Positions 28,476-39,259 of a DNA stretch of 64,000 nucleotides are shown here, piece by piece; the first letter of the stretch is position 1, and each line of letters starts with the position of its first letter. The notes beneath the pieces are model-generated. The model did not search any database and was not told where the DNA came from. It saw nothing but the letters and a program-made list of their open reading frames with translations. The stretch comes from a virus: the IMG/VR virus record IMGVR_UViG_3300042878_002532, positions 49,294 through 113,293 of that record; one strand, written 5' to 3'. The translations under genes and the position numbers were made by a program.

Positions 28476-31400
28476 TTATGCGAATCCACCTGCTGCAATA
28501 GCTCCTGTTCTTAGTATAGTTACATTGTTAACAATGATTCCCATACCTTTGATAGGTTCTACGTAAGTATCAAGTACACCGATTTGGTTATCGATAATCT
28601 CAGTCGTATTGTTTTCCTCATCCATTTTATTGAAGTAGTTGTACAATCCATTTTTACTTACATATGTTTCACAGATTACGTCAGCTCTAAGTTTGATTTC
28701 AGCTCTGATGTCTGGTGTGTTATATCTCCATTGGAAGTCTAACAACATTCTTGATAACTCTCTTTCAAGCTCGATAAGTACCTCTCTAACGTGAATGTAA
28801 GAAAGTGCCGATTTGTAAAGAGTTTGTGCTGTATTCTCAGTCTCAATAACGTTTCCTCTATTTCTTTTGAAAACGATTGGGTTGATTTGAGCACCATTTA
28901 ACCACTCTATGTCAGATGGAGTAAAGTCCATTTCTAATCCAGCGATGTTTGTGATTCTACCGTTAGTAACACCCGCTGCGATTGTCCAAGGAGTAATAGA
29001 TCCAACATTTGATGTATGTTTTCTCATATACGTTGTTGCTGCATGAGATGCTGGTGGCATATCTAATGGTCTTCCATTGTCATTTACTGTTAAGTAAGGC
29101 ATGAAGTAACCAACACAAGTTGTACCTGCTCCGTCACCGAATGAGTAAAGGAATGCTGGTCCACTTTCAGGATCTCCACCTTTGGCAATAAACTCTGCTT
29201 GAAGAACTCCTTCTGCGTTTACGAATGTTGGAGAGCTTGAGTTTTTGAATGACTTCATAGAAGGCATATTCAAGAATCCAAATGCGTCTAATCTATCTCC
29301 ACAGATGTCAACTAATTGTTGTTTAGATCTTTCTGTCAATCCTAATCCAAATGAATCGATTAAGTATCTGAAGTCTAAAGCTTCTTTGTTAGTTATTGCT
29401 TTGAACAATGGTGTTCCTTTTGAAACAAGATTTAATACTGCATTTTGTCTAGCTTCAGTTCCATCAGGTAATGATGCTTCTCTTACTCTGAATCCTTTTA
29501 AAGAGATTGCTTTGTAAGTTGTTGCATAGTTATCAACAGTTTTGTATCTTGTTGTTTGCCAGTCTCCACTAAAATTAACCTTTTTGATTTCAGAATCACA
29601 AGTTATTTCAACTAAGTCTGCGTTTCCAGTGTATTGTCTTTTTGAAACAATTCTTGTTAGTTTTCTTGGATATTGACCAATGTTTAGTGTTAGTTCATTA
29701 TACTTAGCCTCTAAGAAGTCTCCAACTTTTACTTCAGTATATCTAGCTCCCGCTACAAGAACTTTGTTAGGAACTTCAACATATCCAGCAGGATACTCAA
29801 TCTCTAAAGATTGTTTGTAGTTTGTTATTGCAGAGTTTATTTCGAATGTTCCTGCTGTTTCGATATCTACATCCTCATATGAATTAAATGTTTCATCCAT
29901 AAAAGATACATTTAAAACTTCTCCATCAACATACATTTTAAGGTAGTGTTTAGTGTTGAAGTCTGATATTATAGAAACGTTTTGTACTCTTTCGTAAGAA
30001 GTTTCTTCGTTTACTTTATATACGTGTGTGAATATTCCAGCACCATTATCCATAGTACCAAAAAGATTATCTGATATGATTGTGAAAGTTCCTGTGTTTG
30101 TAACCGCACCTTTTATAGAAATCACGTCGTATAAAGAAAGCTCGTCTAAATCTGCTGCGTTAAATGCGATATAATCGTATCCTGCTGCAGAAGAAGTAGG
30201 TCCTACGTTTACTCCAGCAGTTAATCCAAATACAGTAACTGCAGATTCACCATCAAAGAAGTAAACATCAGATATGTATTCAGCACCCGCTACATAAGGA
30301 GTTGCATTTGCTTTTTCTAATATTGTTTTAGATGTTTTGTTTGCATAGAAGAAATCTCCAGTGTTTACAACACCATCATAGTATCTTCCGTATAGTTTAG
30401 AGTATTTTCCAACTACACCAAAACTATTTCCATCAGCAACTTCTACTTGTGTTTTTACACCTTTGGCACCTAATATAAATTCGTTATCTACTGTATAGAA
30501 TACTAAGAAACCTTTTAAGATGTCTTGTAAATCTGCTAGTTCGAAAGGAAGTTTAAGTTCGAAAGATTTATCTTGTGTAGAAGAAGTAACAATATTTGAT
30601 ATTGAAACGTCTGCTAAACTAATCTTATCTCCTTTGTAGTTGTTAAGACCTTTTTTAAAGCTTTTAAGCATTGCCATTTTAACTTTGTTAGGACTATCGA
30701 TTAGATCAACAAGTCTGTTAAACATTTTGAATCTTCTGTATTGTGCGTAGTCTTTAACGTTTATAGAAGAGTCTGTATCTGTAAAGGTTACTTTAATAGA
30801 TCCTGTTGCTCCAGTTACTGCTTCTATGAAGTAGTCTGCACCTGATGCCGTACCAAATACGAAGTTGTTAAATCCACCTTGTTTAAGGTTTACGTTTGTC
30901 CAAACTGGAGTTCCTGTTATTTGTTGTTCTAATACTCTGAACTTAACAGATGCTAATACAGTATCTGTAGATGCTACTGAAGGATTGTTTGCGTTTGTAC
31001 TATTTACAACTTTAAATTTTCCTGTAGAGTCTACTACGAATGCAGATGAATATGTTGCTGCAGTTGAACTGTATACGTAGTTACTTCCTAATATACTAAG
31101 TGTTGCAGTTCCTGAAATAGGTACTTGTTTGTCTCCAACAACAACAAATGCGTCATAGTCTGGATACATAAGTGAGTAAGTAGCTACGATTGATGCAGTT
31201 GAATAACTAAATGTTGCAGCAAGTTCTACGTTATAGATATATCCTTCTGAGAAGTATGATGTTCTTTCATCACCATTAGTAACCCATCCTTTTACTTTAG
31301 GAGTTTCATATGCGTGGTGTGTTCCAGTCTCATATGCCCAAGATGCTGAACCACCTAATAAAGCAGTTACGTTTCCTGGTAAATCTAATGGATTTGAAAC

Positions 31401-32408
31401 GATTTCAATCTCTTCTGATATTACTTCTTGGTAAGAAAGGAAATCAATATTAGTTTCATTTTTACCTGCGATTGTATGGCCGATTAAGTCAAGTCTTCCG
31501 TTGAAGAAGTCTGTTTCTACTAAGTCACTATTAAACGCACAAAATATACCAGTTCTGTCTGTATCTCTATTTACTACTGTTTCGATGAAGACGTTTCTAC
31601 CGTTTGCATCTCTAAAATATGGAATTAAAGAAAGTCCTTCGTAGAATGCTAAAAGCGTAATGTTTCTATCATTTGCGAATTCTCTAACTTTGTCTTTTCT
31701 AAGTCCTGTAGCATTGAAGTAAGCACTCCATCTAGAATCTACTGCTAAAGTTTTGTAGTCTGACCAATCACCACCAACTACAACAACATCAACCATATAG
31801 TCAGATGCGTAATCATTAGTGCTAACATAAGGAGGCATTTTTTCTGCCGAACCATACCATTCGATAAGAGTTCTGTCAAATCCAGCTACTGCTGATTTGA
31901 AAACAAATACAGTTACGAATTTATCAGATAAGTTTGTTAAACTGAATGCTCTTTCAGAGTATCCTGTGTTATTTTTAGTAAGATTTATGAAAGACTCAGT
32001 GTCTCTTTTCCAGAAACCTGTAGTGTCAAAAAATCTTCTATAAGGACCAGTTCTTTCCACGTCGTTTAAAGTATCTGCAGAAGTAGATAGAGACTTATAT
32101 TCAATAACGTCTAAATTATCGTCTGTAAGAAGCAAGTTTATTGCATAAACTGGGGCTGTCTCCAACATTTTAGAAACTGTTCTATGAAAGAACGAACCCT
32201 TTCTCTCCAATCCTCTATCCAATTGACCGAATATTGCTTCTAAGTCAGTTGTGTTACTAACCATTATCGGTGTATTGACAGGTCCTTTTTTAGACACGCC
32301 TATTACCAAGTTTGTAAGTCCTTCAACAACTGGAGTCGCGATAACGGAGTTATCATATTCCTCTAGGAATATTCCTGGTCTTTTGTATTTTCCAATTTGA
32401 ATTGCCAT
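28476..32408 (-). CDS. Contractile tail sheath protein (T4 gp18-like), unusually long
   Basis: N-terminal RPGIFLEEYD...GVSKKGPVNTP...FG; C-terminal PWTIAAGVTNG, QINPI, LSYIHVREVLI and YVEPIKGM. Confidence 0.92.
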   Translation of the reverse strand: MAIQIGKYKRPGIFLEEYDNSVIATPVVEGLTNLVIGVSKKGPVNTPIMVSNTTDLEAIFGQLDRGLERKGSFFHRTVSKMLETAPVYAINLLLTDDNLDVIEYKSLSTSADTLNDVERTGPYRRFFDTTGFWKRDTESFINLTKNNTGYSERAFSLTNLSDKFVTVFVFKSAVAGFDRTLIEWYGSAEKMPPYVSTNDYASDYMVDVVVVGGDWSDYKTLAVDSRWSAYFNATGLRKDKVREFANDRNITLLAFYEGLSLIPYFRDANGRNVFIETVVNRDTDRTGIFCAFNSDLVETDFFNGRLDLIGHTIAGKNETNIDFLSYQEVISEEIEIVSNPLDLPGNVTALLGGSASWAYETGTHHAYETPKVKGWVTNGDERTSYFSEGYIYNVELAATFSYSTASIVATYSLMYPDYDAFVVVGDKQVPISGTATLSILGSNYVYSSTAATYSSAFVVDSTGKFKVVNSTNANNPSVASTDTVLASVKFRVLEQQITGTPVWTNVNLKQGGFNNFVFGTASGADYFIEAVTGATGSIKVTFTDTDSSINVKDYAQYRRFKMFNRLVDLIDSPNKVKMAMLKSFKKGLNNYKGDKISLADVSISNIVTSSTQDKSFELKLPFELADLQDILKGFLVFYTVDNEFILGAKGVKTQVEVADGNSFGVVGKYSKLYGRYYDGVVNTGDFFYANKTSKTILEKANATPYVAGAEYISDVYFFDGESAVTVFGLTAGVNVGPTSSAAGYDYIAFNAADLDELSLYDVISIKGAVTNTGTFTIISDNLFGTMDNGAGIFTHVYKVNEETSYERVQNVSIISDFNTKHYLKMYVDGEVLNVSFMDETFNSYEDVDIETAGTFEINSAITNYKQSLEIEYPAGYVEVPNKVLVAGARYTEVKVGDFLEAKYNELTLNIGQYPRKLTRIVSKRQYTGNADLVEITCDSEIKKVNFSGDWQTTRYKTVDNYATTYKAISLKGFRVREASLPDGTEARQNAVLNLVSKGTPLFKAITNKEALDFRYLIDSFGLGLTERSKQQLVDICGDRLDAFGFLNMPSMKSFKNSSSPTFVNAEGVLQAEFIAKGGDPESGPAFLYSFGDGAGTTCVGYFMPYLTVNDNGRPLDMPPASHAATTYMRKHTSNVGSITPWTIAAGVTNGRITNIAGLEMDFTPSDIEWLNGAQINPIVFKRNRGNVIETENTAQTLYKSALSYIHVREVLIELERELSRMLLDFQWRYNTPDIRAEIKLRADVICETYVSKNGLYNYFNKMDEENNTTEIIDNQIGVLDTYVEPIKGMGIIVNNVTILRTGAIAAGGFA

Positions 32409-32477
32409 ATTTTTTAGTTTAATTTTTTATAGTTAAAGTATATATAAAATGTAAAAAGCGATATTTTTCTCTTTTTT

Positions 32478-33020
32478 TTAAAAGGAGGTTATTTTTTTAG
32501 AAGAATCTTGCATTTCTTTTTTTATTTCCTCCATTTTCTTTTTTTGTTCTGCGGTTGCAGTCAATAGGGCTTTTTTTAAATCGACAATCTCCTGAGTCTT
32601 TATCTTTTGATTAGATTTTATGTCGTTTACGGTCTTTAATTTGGCGGAAGTGTCTACTTTCTGACTTGATAGTTGCTTTAAATCTTCTTCGTTTTTATAA
32701 AGATCATCATTGTACTTCATCAACTCATCTTGAACATACTTTATTTTCATTTGAAGGTTCATCATTCGTGTGTACTCTTCTATGAATGGATTATTCAAAA
32801 ACTTTTTATTTATTTCCTCTATCTTTTTATTTAATAACTCATTGTCTTTGTCACTTTTTAGATTCATGAAAGCTTTATCAAGTTCTGCCTTTACTGCAGG
32901 AAAATCTTTTAAACTTTTTTCAAGGTTATTAGTTTCTTCTTTGGCAAGTTTTACGTCAGGCTCATCAGTTATTTCGACTTCCACGTTTTCAAAACGTTTA
33001 AAATTCTTTAGATATTTCAT
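32478..33020 (-). CDS. Coiled-coil protein with a capsid-targeting-like N-terminus
   Basis: MKYLKNFKRFE followed by heptad-rich sequence. Confidence 0.7.
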   Translation of the reverse strand: MKYLKNFKRFENVEVEITDEPDVKLAKEETNNLEKSLKDFPAVKAELDKAFMNLKSDKDNELLNKKIEEINKKFLNNPFIEEYTRMMNLQMKIKYVQDELMKYNDDLYKNEEDLKQLSSQKVDTSAKLKTVNDIKSNQKIKTQEIVDLKKALLTATAEQKKKMEEIKKEMQDSSKKITSF

Positions 33021-33037
33021 TTTTTAAACACTTTTAT

Positions 33038-36000
33038 TTAAGCTCTGGTGATTTCAACTTTGCTCGCGTCACTTCCGTTAATCATATTTACGATCGTGGA
33101 AATTCCCGCCACTTTGGCTATCTGCTTGTTTAGTTTTTCGACCTTCTCTTTGTCTTTACCTATTTCTTTTCCAAATTCTATCGCGTTGAAAAGAACGTTT
33201 TTGCCATCCACCTCTTTTGTGATCCAATATGCTCCGATCACTTCTATTTTTTCGGTGGTGATTTTTTTCTGACCGTCCGCACTCATCATTCCGACTTCTA
33301 TAGTACCTGGTGATAATAACAATTTCAAGAAATCATCTCTTTTAACTTTGGTGAAATGTGAAAGTGCTTTAGATTCTTTTACCTGTAAATCACCACCTAC
33401 TAAATTATTAGCATGTCCTAAAACAGAGGCGTCTAGAAGAGGATTGAATGTGCCAAAGTTTTTACTACACTGCATATATGCATATGCACCATCTATCTCT
33501 TGAATGTAGAATGCTCTCTGTGCCTCGTTGCCATCTTTGTCTTTTATCTTCAATACAAAAAACGTGTATTTTACAGGATAAACGGCTTTTTTACCATCGT
33601 CACTAACCGCGTTTTCACTTTTTGTGGCCTTTATCTTAGTAGCGCTTGCTTCTATCCCTTCTACAATCTCTTGGTTATTTTCTTCATCTTTTTCCAAAAA
33701 TGTTCCTCCTTTGTTGATTGCAGTACCTATCTTCTCGTCCGGTTTTCCAAAGTATTCGTCTAAAAGCTCTGCTTGTTTTCCTCTTCCTGAATCACCATAT
33801 CCACTTTTAGATTTGTAAAGACTATCACCATCTAACATATCGGTCATGAACTTTCTCAGATTGGCACCACCGTTTGGTCTGATTTCGTTTCCTACTCTTA
33901 GGTTTGTCTTCGGGTCGAAGATGAATTCGTATTTTCTATCTTTCATTAAATCCAAAACTGCATTTTCCCAAACATCGAATATTTTGTCGTTTCTATAAGG
34001 ACCTTTGTCTCCAAACGAAGTATATTCTGCTTCGGTACTTACACCAGGTCCGGTACTTCTTTTTGTTATGTATTTTGCCATATAAAGCTTGTATGCTCTG
34101 TTGAACAATTTCAATATCTCGATTATTGGATCGTATCCGTCTATTATGAATCCGTCTTTGTCTTTTTCTAACTTTTCGAAGTTTGCTCTAACTTTCTCAA
34201 ACTCTGTTTTATCCATTGTGTAGTCTTTTACATTTCTACACTTTCTCTCAAAGTAGTCTTGTATCCTTTCGACTCTAGACATACTAGATCTTGGATCACT
34301 TGCACTTGTACTTCCTTGAGTTTCTGTTGACTCTGGAGTCTCTTCTGTAGTCACTGGTTCTTCTGCTTCTTTTATGTAAGACATGAATCTGTCGAATTTA
34401 AGCAATCTTCCTACAGGTTTACTACTGCTCTTCAATGCTTCGTTTAATTCCAACATAATAACACGCATTCCAGCTTGTATCTCCATTAATTTTGAGATAT
34501 AAACACTTTCGTTTACCGATTCGTCAAGCTTGTCCAGGTCGGCTTTCATTTTATCTATGTTTGCTAGTATCTTCGCTTTTTTTGGGTTATCTTTTTTAAG
34601 TTCCAATGCTTTTTTAGTCGCACTTTCTATATCTTTTATAAGCTCGTCCTTTTTATATTTGGTCTCTCTTGCCTTTTGGTCTACATAAGGTGAAAGATCT
34701 GATTTTGAAACTCCAAAAGAAATTTTCGAATCGTCGTACACAACAGATAGTGTATCTTCCTTTGGAAGTTTTCCACCTTCTGCGTCGTCTTTAGTTGCCC
34801 ACTTTTTATCATCGCCCATTTTCATTACATGAGTCTTCGAAACCAAAGTCACAACTCTCTTATCGCCTTTTCCGTCTGTGTATATGTATTTTTGACCAAC
34901 GTTGTATTTGCTTTCCTTTTTCTTTTCCTCGCTTTGCTCTGAATACTCTGTCTTAACATTGACAATTGGATTTTTCATCAAAACCTTTAATGTCTCAACA
35001 AACTTTTTAAGCGGATCTGCCAATTCTCCTAAACCACCATAAAGATTCTTCCCATCAAACTGTAAAGCTCTCTTTGCGAATCTTGCGATTTTTTCCGCAA
35101 CAACTTCAATCTTACCACCATTTGGATTTTTCTCACTTCTTGGCATTAGATATTCGTAAGACTCTTTATATAAAGAATCTTTTTCTTGAATCGTTTGCTT
35201 TTTGTCACCTACCAAATACCTATTTATATTGTCGTATAAGGCCATTATGAGTGTATCGTTTTTACCATCTTTATGTTTGGCTAATAGTATTCTGACAAAC
35301 TCTTCACTTATTGGTAGCTTTTGGTCTTTTGTATCTATAAGAGATGTTATATCTTTTGTTAATTTTCCAAATGCTTGAGTCAAATGATCTTCTTCTTTAT
35401 AGACATTATTTCCATCTACACTATTTCCTTGTTTCTCTAATACTAATTCAAGTCCTGCTTTTAAAGTTATCTTTTCCTTTTTAGTGTTAAGTTTCGTAGC
35501 AGCAGCGAGTGTTGCTTTCAATTCTAGTTCGTTTTTGGCAAAAATTTTATCAATATTTGCACTTGAAAAAGTAACTCCTTTGTTTATATCGGAGTTGTTC
35601 AGTATCGATGTTAATGTGTCACCTGCTACAGTTACATAAGGAACTGGTTTCTTTGCATCTGCCTCTTCTTTTTTGTTGAAGTTTAAAAGATTTACACTTT
35701 TGTAATTTTTTAAGATATAGTAAAGTGCACTTAGATTCTTAATCATGGTTGGAAGGCTTTCTTCTAACTTTGAATATTTATCCTCATTCTCTTCAGAATC
35801 TTCTTCACTTTGACCCTGTCCTTGACCCTGTCCTTGACCTTGTGCTTGACCCTGTCCTTGACCTTGTGCTTGACCTTGTGCTTGACCTTGTGCTTGACCC
35901 TGTGCTTGACCCTGTGCTTCTATTTTTTTTAGTTCCTCTAAGAAACCCTCAAGTTCTTCAAGTAATTTAGCCTTTACTGTAGTATCAATATCGGTTTCTT

Positions 36001-36463
36001 TCATCTCTTCTGTTGCTGTGATTGCACTTTCTGTAAGATTTATTATAATATTAGTCTCAGAACCATTTTCAACGGCCTCGTTCAATGCAAAAAAGAATGA
36101 ATACAAAATACTTTTTGCATAAAGTTTCTTATCTTCAGGATTCATGTTGTATGCAAATCCAGATGCTGCTATCCTATCAAATTCACCTTCTAGTCTTGAG
36201 ATTAATGGCTTTATTCTTCTAAGGTTGTTAGCGACTTTTGCTTTTCTAACAAGGTGATTTAAAAACCTACCTACTAATGAATCATGCCATCCAATATCAT
36301 TCGCCATTGGTCCTGATCCGTGGTTGCTGGCATATTCACTTTCTTTTATAAGTTCTTGATATAGTTCATTTCCTGATATTTTTGCGTCTCTTAGAAATTC
36401 AGATTTTTCGTCTAATCTTTTGGCTTCTCTTAAAAAGTCATTTCTTTTAATAAGATATTTCAT
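33038..36463 (-). CDS. Large putative internal-head or ejection protein
   Basis: MKYLIKRNDFLRE start, several (I/L/V)xE sites (LIKE, VNE, LNE, YIKE), a QG repeat and a LysM-like YVTVAGDTL segment; late element at 36486-36500. Confidence 0.65.
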   Translation of the reverse strand: MKYLIKRNDFLREAKRLDEKSEFLRDAKISGNELYQELIKESEYASNHGSGPMANDIGWHDSLVGRFLNHLVRKAKVANNLRRIKPLISRLEGEFDRIAASGFAYNMNPEDKKLYAKSILYSFFFALNEAVENGSETNIIINLTESAITATEEMKETDIDTTVKAKLLEELEGFLEELKKIEAQGQAQGQAQGQAQGQAQGQGQGQAQGQGQGQGQGQSEEDSEENEDKYSKLEESLPTMIKNLSALYYILKNYKSVNLLNFNKKEEADAKKPVPYVTVAGDTLTSILNNSDINKGVTFSSANIDKIFAKNELELKATLAAATKLNTKKEKITLKAGLELVLEKQGNSVDGNNVYKEEDHLTQAFGKLTKDITSLIDTKDQKLPISEEFVRILLAKHKDGKNDTLIMALYDNINRYLVGDKKQTIQEKDSLYKESYEYLMPRSEKNPNGGKIEVVAEKIARFAKRALQFDGKNLYGGLGELADPLKKFVETLKVLMKNPIVNVKTEYSEQSEEKKKESKYNVGQKYIYTDGKGDKRVVTLVSKTHVMKMGDDKKWATKDDAEGGKLPKEDTLSVVYDDSKISFGVSKSDLSPYVDQKARETKYKKDELIKDIESATKKALELKKDNPKKAKILANIDKMKADLDKLDESVNESVYISKLMEIQAGMRVIMLELNEALKSSSKPVGRLLKFDRFMSYIKEAEEPVTTEETPESTETQGSTSASDPRSSMSRVERIQDYFERKCRNVKDYTMDKTEFEKVRANFEKLEKDKDGFIIDGYDPIIEILKLFNRAYKLYMAKYITKRSTGPGVSTEAEYTSFGDKGPYRNDKIFDVWENAVLDLMKDRKYEFIFDPKTNLRVGNEIRPNGGANLRKFMTDMLDGDSLYKSKSGYGDSGRGKQAELLDEYFGKPDEKIGTAINKGGTFLEKDEENNQEIVEGIEASATKIKATKSENAVSDDGKKAVYPVKYTFFVLKIKDKDGNEAQRAFYIQEIDGAYAYMQCSKNFGTFNPLLDASVLGHANNLVGGDLQVKESKALSHFTKVKRDDFLKLLLSPGTIEVGMMSADGQKKITTEKIEVIGAYWITKEVDGKNVLFNAIEFGKEIGKDKEKVEKLNKQIAKVAGISTIVNMINGSDASKVEITRA
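35810..35918 (-). repeat. Coding (QAQG/QG)n tandem repeat
   Basis: 12-bp and 6-bp units, tgtgcttgacc(c/t) and tgtccttgacc. Confidence 0.85.
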
Positions 36464-36568
36464 GTAGTTATGATTATATTTTGTTTATATATTAAAAGTG
36501 TAATCTCTATTTTATTTGTATTTTTGTATCTGAAAGATTGATATTAGTATAAATAAAAGATAGAATAA

Positions 36569-36600
36569 TTTGTGTGAATAGAATAAATGTCTTATATTTG
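36569..36600 (+). promoter_or_regulatory. Canonical Bacteroidota primary-sigma promoter
   Basis: TTTG-N20-TATATTTG (-33/-7 elements) upstream of the ATG at 36626. Confidence 0.75.
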
Positions 36601-36625
36601 TAAAACAAACAAACAAACAGAAACT

Positions 36626-37162
36626 ATGAAAATCAACTTCGATAAAATAATCTGCATAAACTTGACATCATTGAGCTCTCAACAACTATTTGCAGTATGT
36701 GAGACTTACTTTATAGGTTTTGAAGAACTTTATAGAAGAAAAACAGAAACAAAAGTATCTATGTACTGGATTTCAGAAGGTAAAATTGTTGCTTTTATTA
36801 TCGGTGGTTTCTTTCGTTTAGGTACAGACTTTGCTTCTCTTTCTAAAGAAGATCAAGATAAAATAAAAGCCATCAAACCGGTGAAAACTCCAAAGATGCC
36901 AAAAACTGAACAAACTCTTAGAAACTACAAAGCTTTTTTAGCAGAAGGTTATGACATACGAACTCCATCTATGGATTCAAAGTTGTATAACTTAGAGTCT
37001 CGAAAAGATTCTGTTTATGTTAAAGATGTTGTTAAAGATGTTGTTGAAGTTAAACAAGATTTACCTGTTGTTTTAGAAGTAGATGCAATCTTAGAAAAAA
37101 TATTCAAATACGGAATAGCTTCTATCACTGCAGAAGAAAAAGATTTATTAGATAATCAATAA
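36626..37162 (+). CDS. Probable early protein with a C-terminal DUF6576-like motif
   Basis: VDAILEKIFKYGIASITAEEKDLL; has its own host-type promoter and terminator. Confidence 0.7.
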   Translation: MKINFDKIICINLTSLSSQQLFAVCETYFIGFEELYRRKTETKVSMYWISEGKIVAFIIGGFFRLGTDFASLSKEDQDKIKAIKPVKTPKMPKTEQTLRNYKAFLAEGYDIRTPSMDSKLYNLESRKDSVYVKDVVKDVVEVKQDLPVVLEVDAILEKIFKYGIASITAEEKDLLDNQ

Positions 37163-37183
37163 TATAACTTTGTTTGTGTGTGT

Positions 37184-37209
37184 GCCTCGGATAAATCCGA
37201 GGCTTTTTT
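37184..37209 (+). terminator. Intrinsic terminator
   Basis: GCCTCGGA-taaa-TCCGAGGC-TTTTTT. Confidence 0.85.
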
Positions 37210-37361
37210 ATTTAGCAAATATTTAATACCATTTTTCTCTTTAGAATCAACACTTTTAAATTTTATTTTTTTGGTAGTTTAAAAAATCCGCCATTAAATC
37301 GATTTCGGTTTTTTTCCTTACCTAAAATTAAATATATAACGTATAAAAAAAATCTCCAAAC

Positions 37362-37646
37362 ATGAGATACCTAGAGTTGAAACAAAATGGTAAGGTCTTT
37401 ACCAATGAAAGAGAAATAAATCAAATATTACTATCTAACAAATTTTACTGGCTTATAGATTCCGAATTTGAGAACGCAGTTCTTGAGTTGAAAAAAGAAA
37501 CTATAATTTGGCATAGTGGTGACTTCTATTCCGGAAATTGGCATTATGGCATATTCAAAGGTGGGTCTTTCCATGGGACCTGGGAAAACGGAATTTTCGA
37601 AAACGGAAACTTCACCGGTGAATGGAAAGACGGCATCAAATTATGA
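37362..37646 (+). CDS. Small protein with G-x-[FW]-x-x pentapeptide repeats
   Basis: WHSGDFYSGNWHYGIFKGGSFHGTWENGIFENGNFTGEWKDG. Confidence 0.7.
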   Translation: MRYLELKQNGKVFTNEREINQILLSNKFYWLIDSEFENAVLELKKETIIWHSGDFYSGNWHYGIFKGGSFHGTWENGIFENGNFTGEWKDGIKL

Positions 37647-37673
37647 GTGACGACAAAAAATAAAATAACAACT

Positions 37674-38129
37674 ATGAAAAGGAGAAAACTAGCTCTAAAA
37701 TCAGTAGGCAAAAACGATGTTTATAACAACGGTATTGTGAGAGTAACAAAAGAAGAAGATTCATACTTCTTTGAAATTGGAAACGAACTAACCAGTGATA
37801 TCGCCGAAGCAGTTGCCTTGTTGATGAGAAAAGTGGATTGGAATGATGGAATATGGGATATGGAATTGGAAGATATAAATATAGATAACATCACACCTGA
37901 GAAATCATTGTTTTGGTTAACTGGTGGATATACAGAATGGAGAACATTAGAAAACTATAACAAGCCTTGGTGTGACTGTTACCTTGATTTTCAAGAAGAG
38001 TTTGGAATGTTAATATTCAACATAGTAAAAAGAAACAAAAAACTAAAAGAAATAAGAAGCAACTACTATAAATACTTAAACTTACCGATACTTTATGATT
38101 TTGCGTTAAGTAAGAACATGATAAAATAA
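37674..38129 (+). CDS. Hypothetical protein
   Basis: ORF with an A-rich leader, followed by a hairpin at 38134-38157. Confidence 0.7.
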   Translation: MKRRKLALKSVGKNDVYNNGIVRVTKEEDSYFFEIGNELTSDIAEAVALLMRKVDWNDGIWDMELEDINIDNITPEKSLFWLTGGYTEWRTLENYNKPWCDCYLDFQEEFGMLIFNIVKRNKKLKEIRSNYYKYLNLPILYDFALSKNMIK

Positions 38130-38176
38130 AAAGAAAACCCATCATTTGATGGGTTTTCTTTTTTTATATATACTAT

Positions 38177-38416
38177 ATGGAAAAATTAATGAACGTTTGT
38201 AAGAGTCCTTGGTGTAAGGCACATTTCGAATATTTTGAAAATGAGATTACAATTGTTGATGGTAATGGAGTAGTACCCAAAACATGTCCAAAATGTAGAA
38301 GCTTTGATACAGAGCTTAGTGGTGGTGTCACCTGGACCGACAAAGAATATGAAGGTAGTAGATTTGACGGAAAACCACATGAGATAAAATACAAAATAAC
38401 GAATTTTAAACTATGA
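38177..38416 (+). CDS. Small zinc-ribbon protein
   Basis: CKSPWC...CPKC. Confidence 0.65.
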   Translation: MEKLMNVCKSPWCKAHFEYFENEITIVDGNGVVPKTCPKCRSFDTELSGGVTWTDKEYEGSRFDGKPHEIKYKITNFKL

Positions 38417-39258
38417 GAGCACACTTCTTCGATATAGAAACCATTTTAGTCATGGATAGTAAAGTCTGGATAGTAGATAAATCAAATCCAAAAGTACCTA
38501 TTATGAAAATATCTAGATCAGATTTTAATCTGATAAAGAGTGGAATATACAAAAGTCAAAATAATTCTATTTATTTTGGTGGTGCCACCTATTGGGTTCC
38601 TGAAAAACTGATGAACACTCTAAAGATTAAATGTAAGAATCTAAAAATAGATATTACAAAACTTATATTTTCTATGCAGGAATACATGAATCCTGAGATA
38701 ATAGAAACACTTGACTATGATATAAACATAGAAAACTTACAACATCTTAAAAACACGACTGATGACATATACTTTATTTGCTCAAAGAACACTAAAAACA
38801 ACTATGAGAAGATAATAAAGAAAATAGAGGAAAAGCTTGAGAAGATAGGATTGACTGTTAAAAAATACTATTTCATATCTGATACTTTTTACAATAGAGA
38901 CTTAGATGAAGTTTCTCATAAAAAAGTAAGACTTCTTCTTCAACATCTTATTGGTATGAAAACAGAAGGTGATAAGTTTATAGAAGAAGAACTTCAAAAA
39001 TATGATGAGATTGAATTCTATGAAGATGATGAAAAGACTATTAGTCTTGCAATAGATTGTAATAAACTACTTCAACTTCTTATAGATAATAGTGAGTCTA
39101 GTATAAAGTCTAATCTAAAAAATCTTCTTAAATCAGAAACTCTACTTTATGTAAACTTTGTGAGTCCTAATAAGGTTAAAAGATTTTCTAAAACAAAAGT
39201 CGTGGTTGAATATCACAATCTTATAAAGACTTTTGAAAGATTTAACTTCAAAAAGTAG
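38413..39258 (+). CDS. Degenerate HAD-like protein
   Basis: HFFDIETIL (altered DxD), IYFICSK and IEFYEDD; ends LIKTFERF. Confidence 0.5.
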   Translation: MRAHFFDIETILVMDSKVWIVDKSNPKVPIMKISRSDFNLIKSGIYKSQNNSIYFGGATYWVPEKLMNTLKIKCKNLKIDITKLIFSMQEYMNPEIIETLDYDINIENLQHLKNTTDDIYFICSKNTKNNYEKIIKKIEEKLEKIGLTVKKYYFISDTFYNRDLDEVSHKKVRLLLQHLIGMKTEGDKFIEEELQKYDEIEFYEDDEKTISLAIDCNKLLQLLIDNSESSIKSNLKNLLKSETLLYVNFVSPNKVKRFSKTKVVVEYHNLIKTFERFNFKK

Positions 39259-39259
39259 T

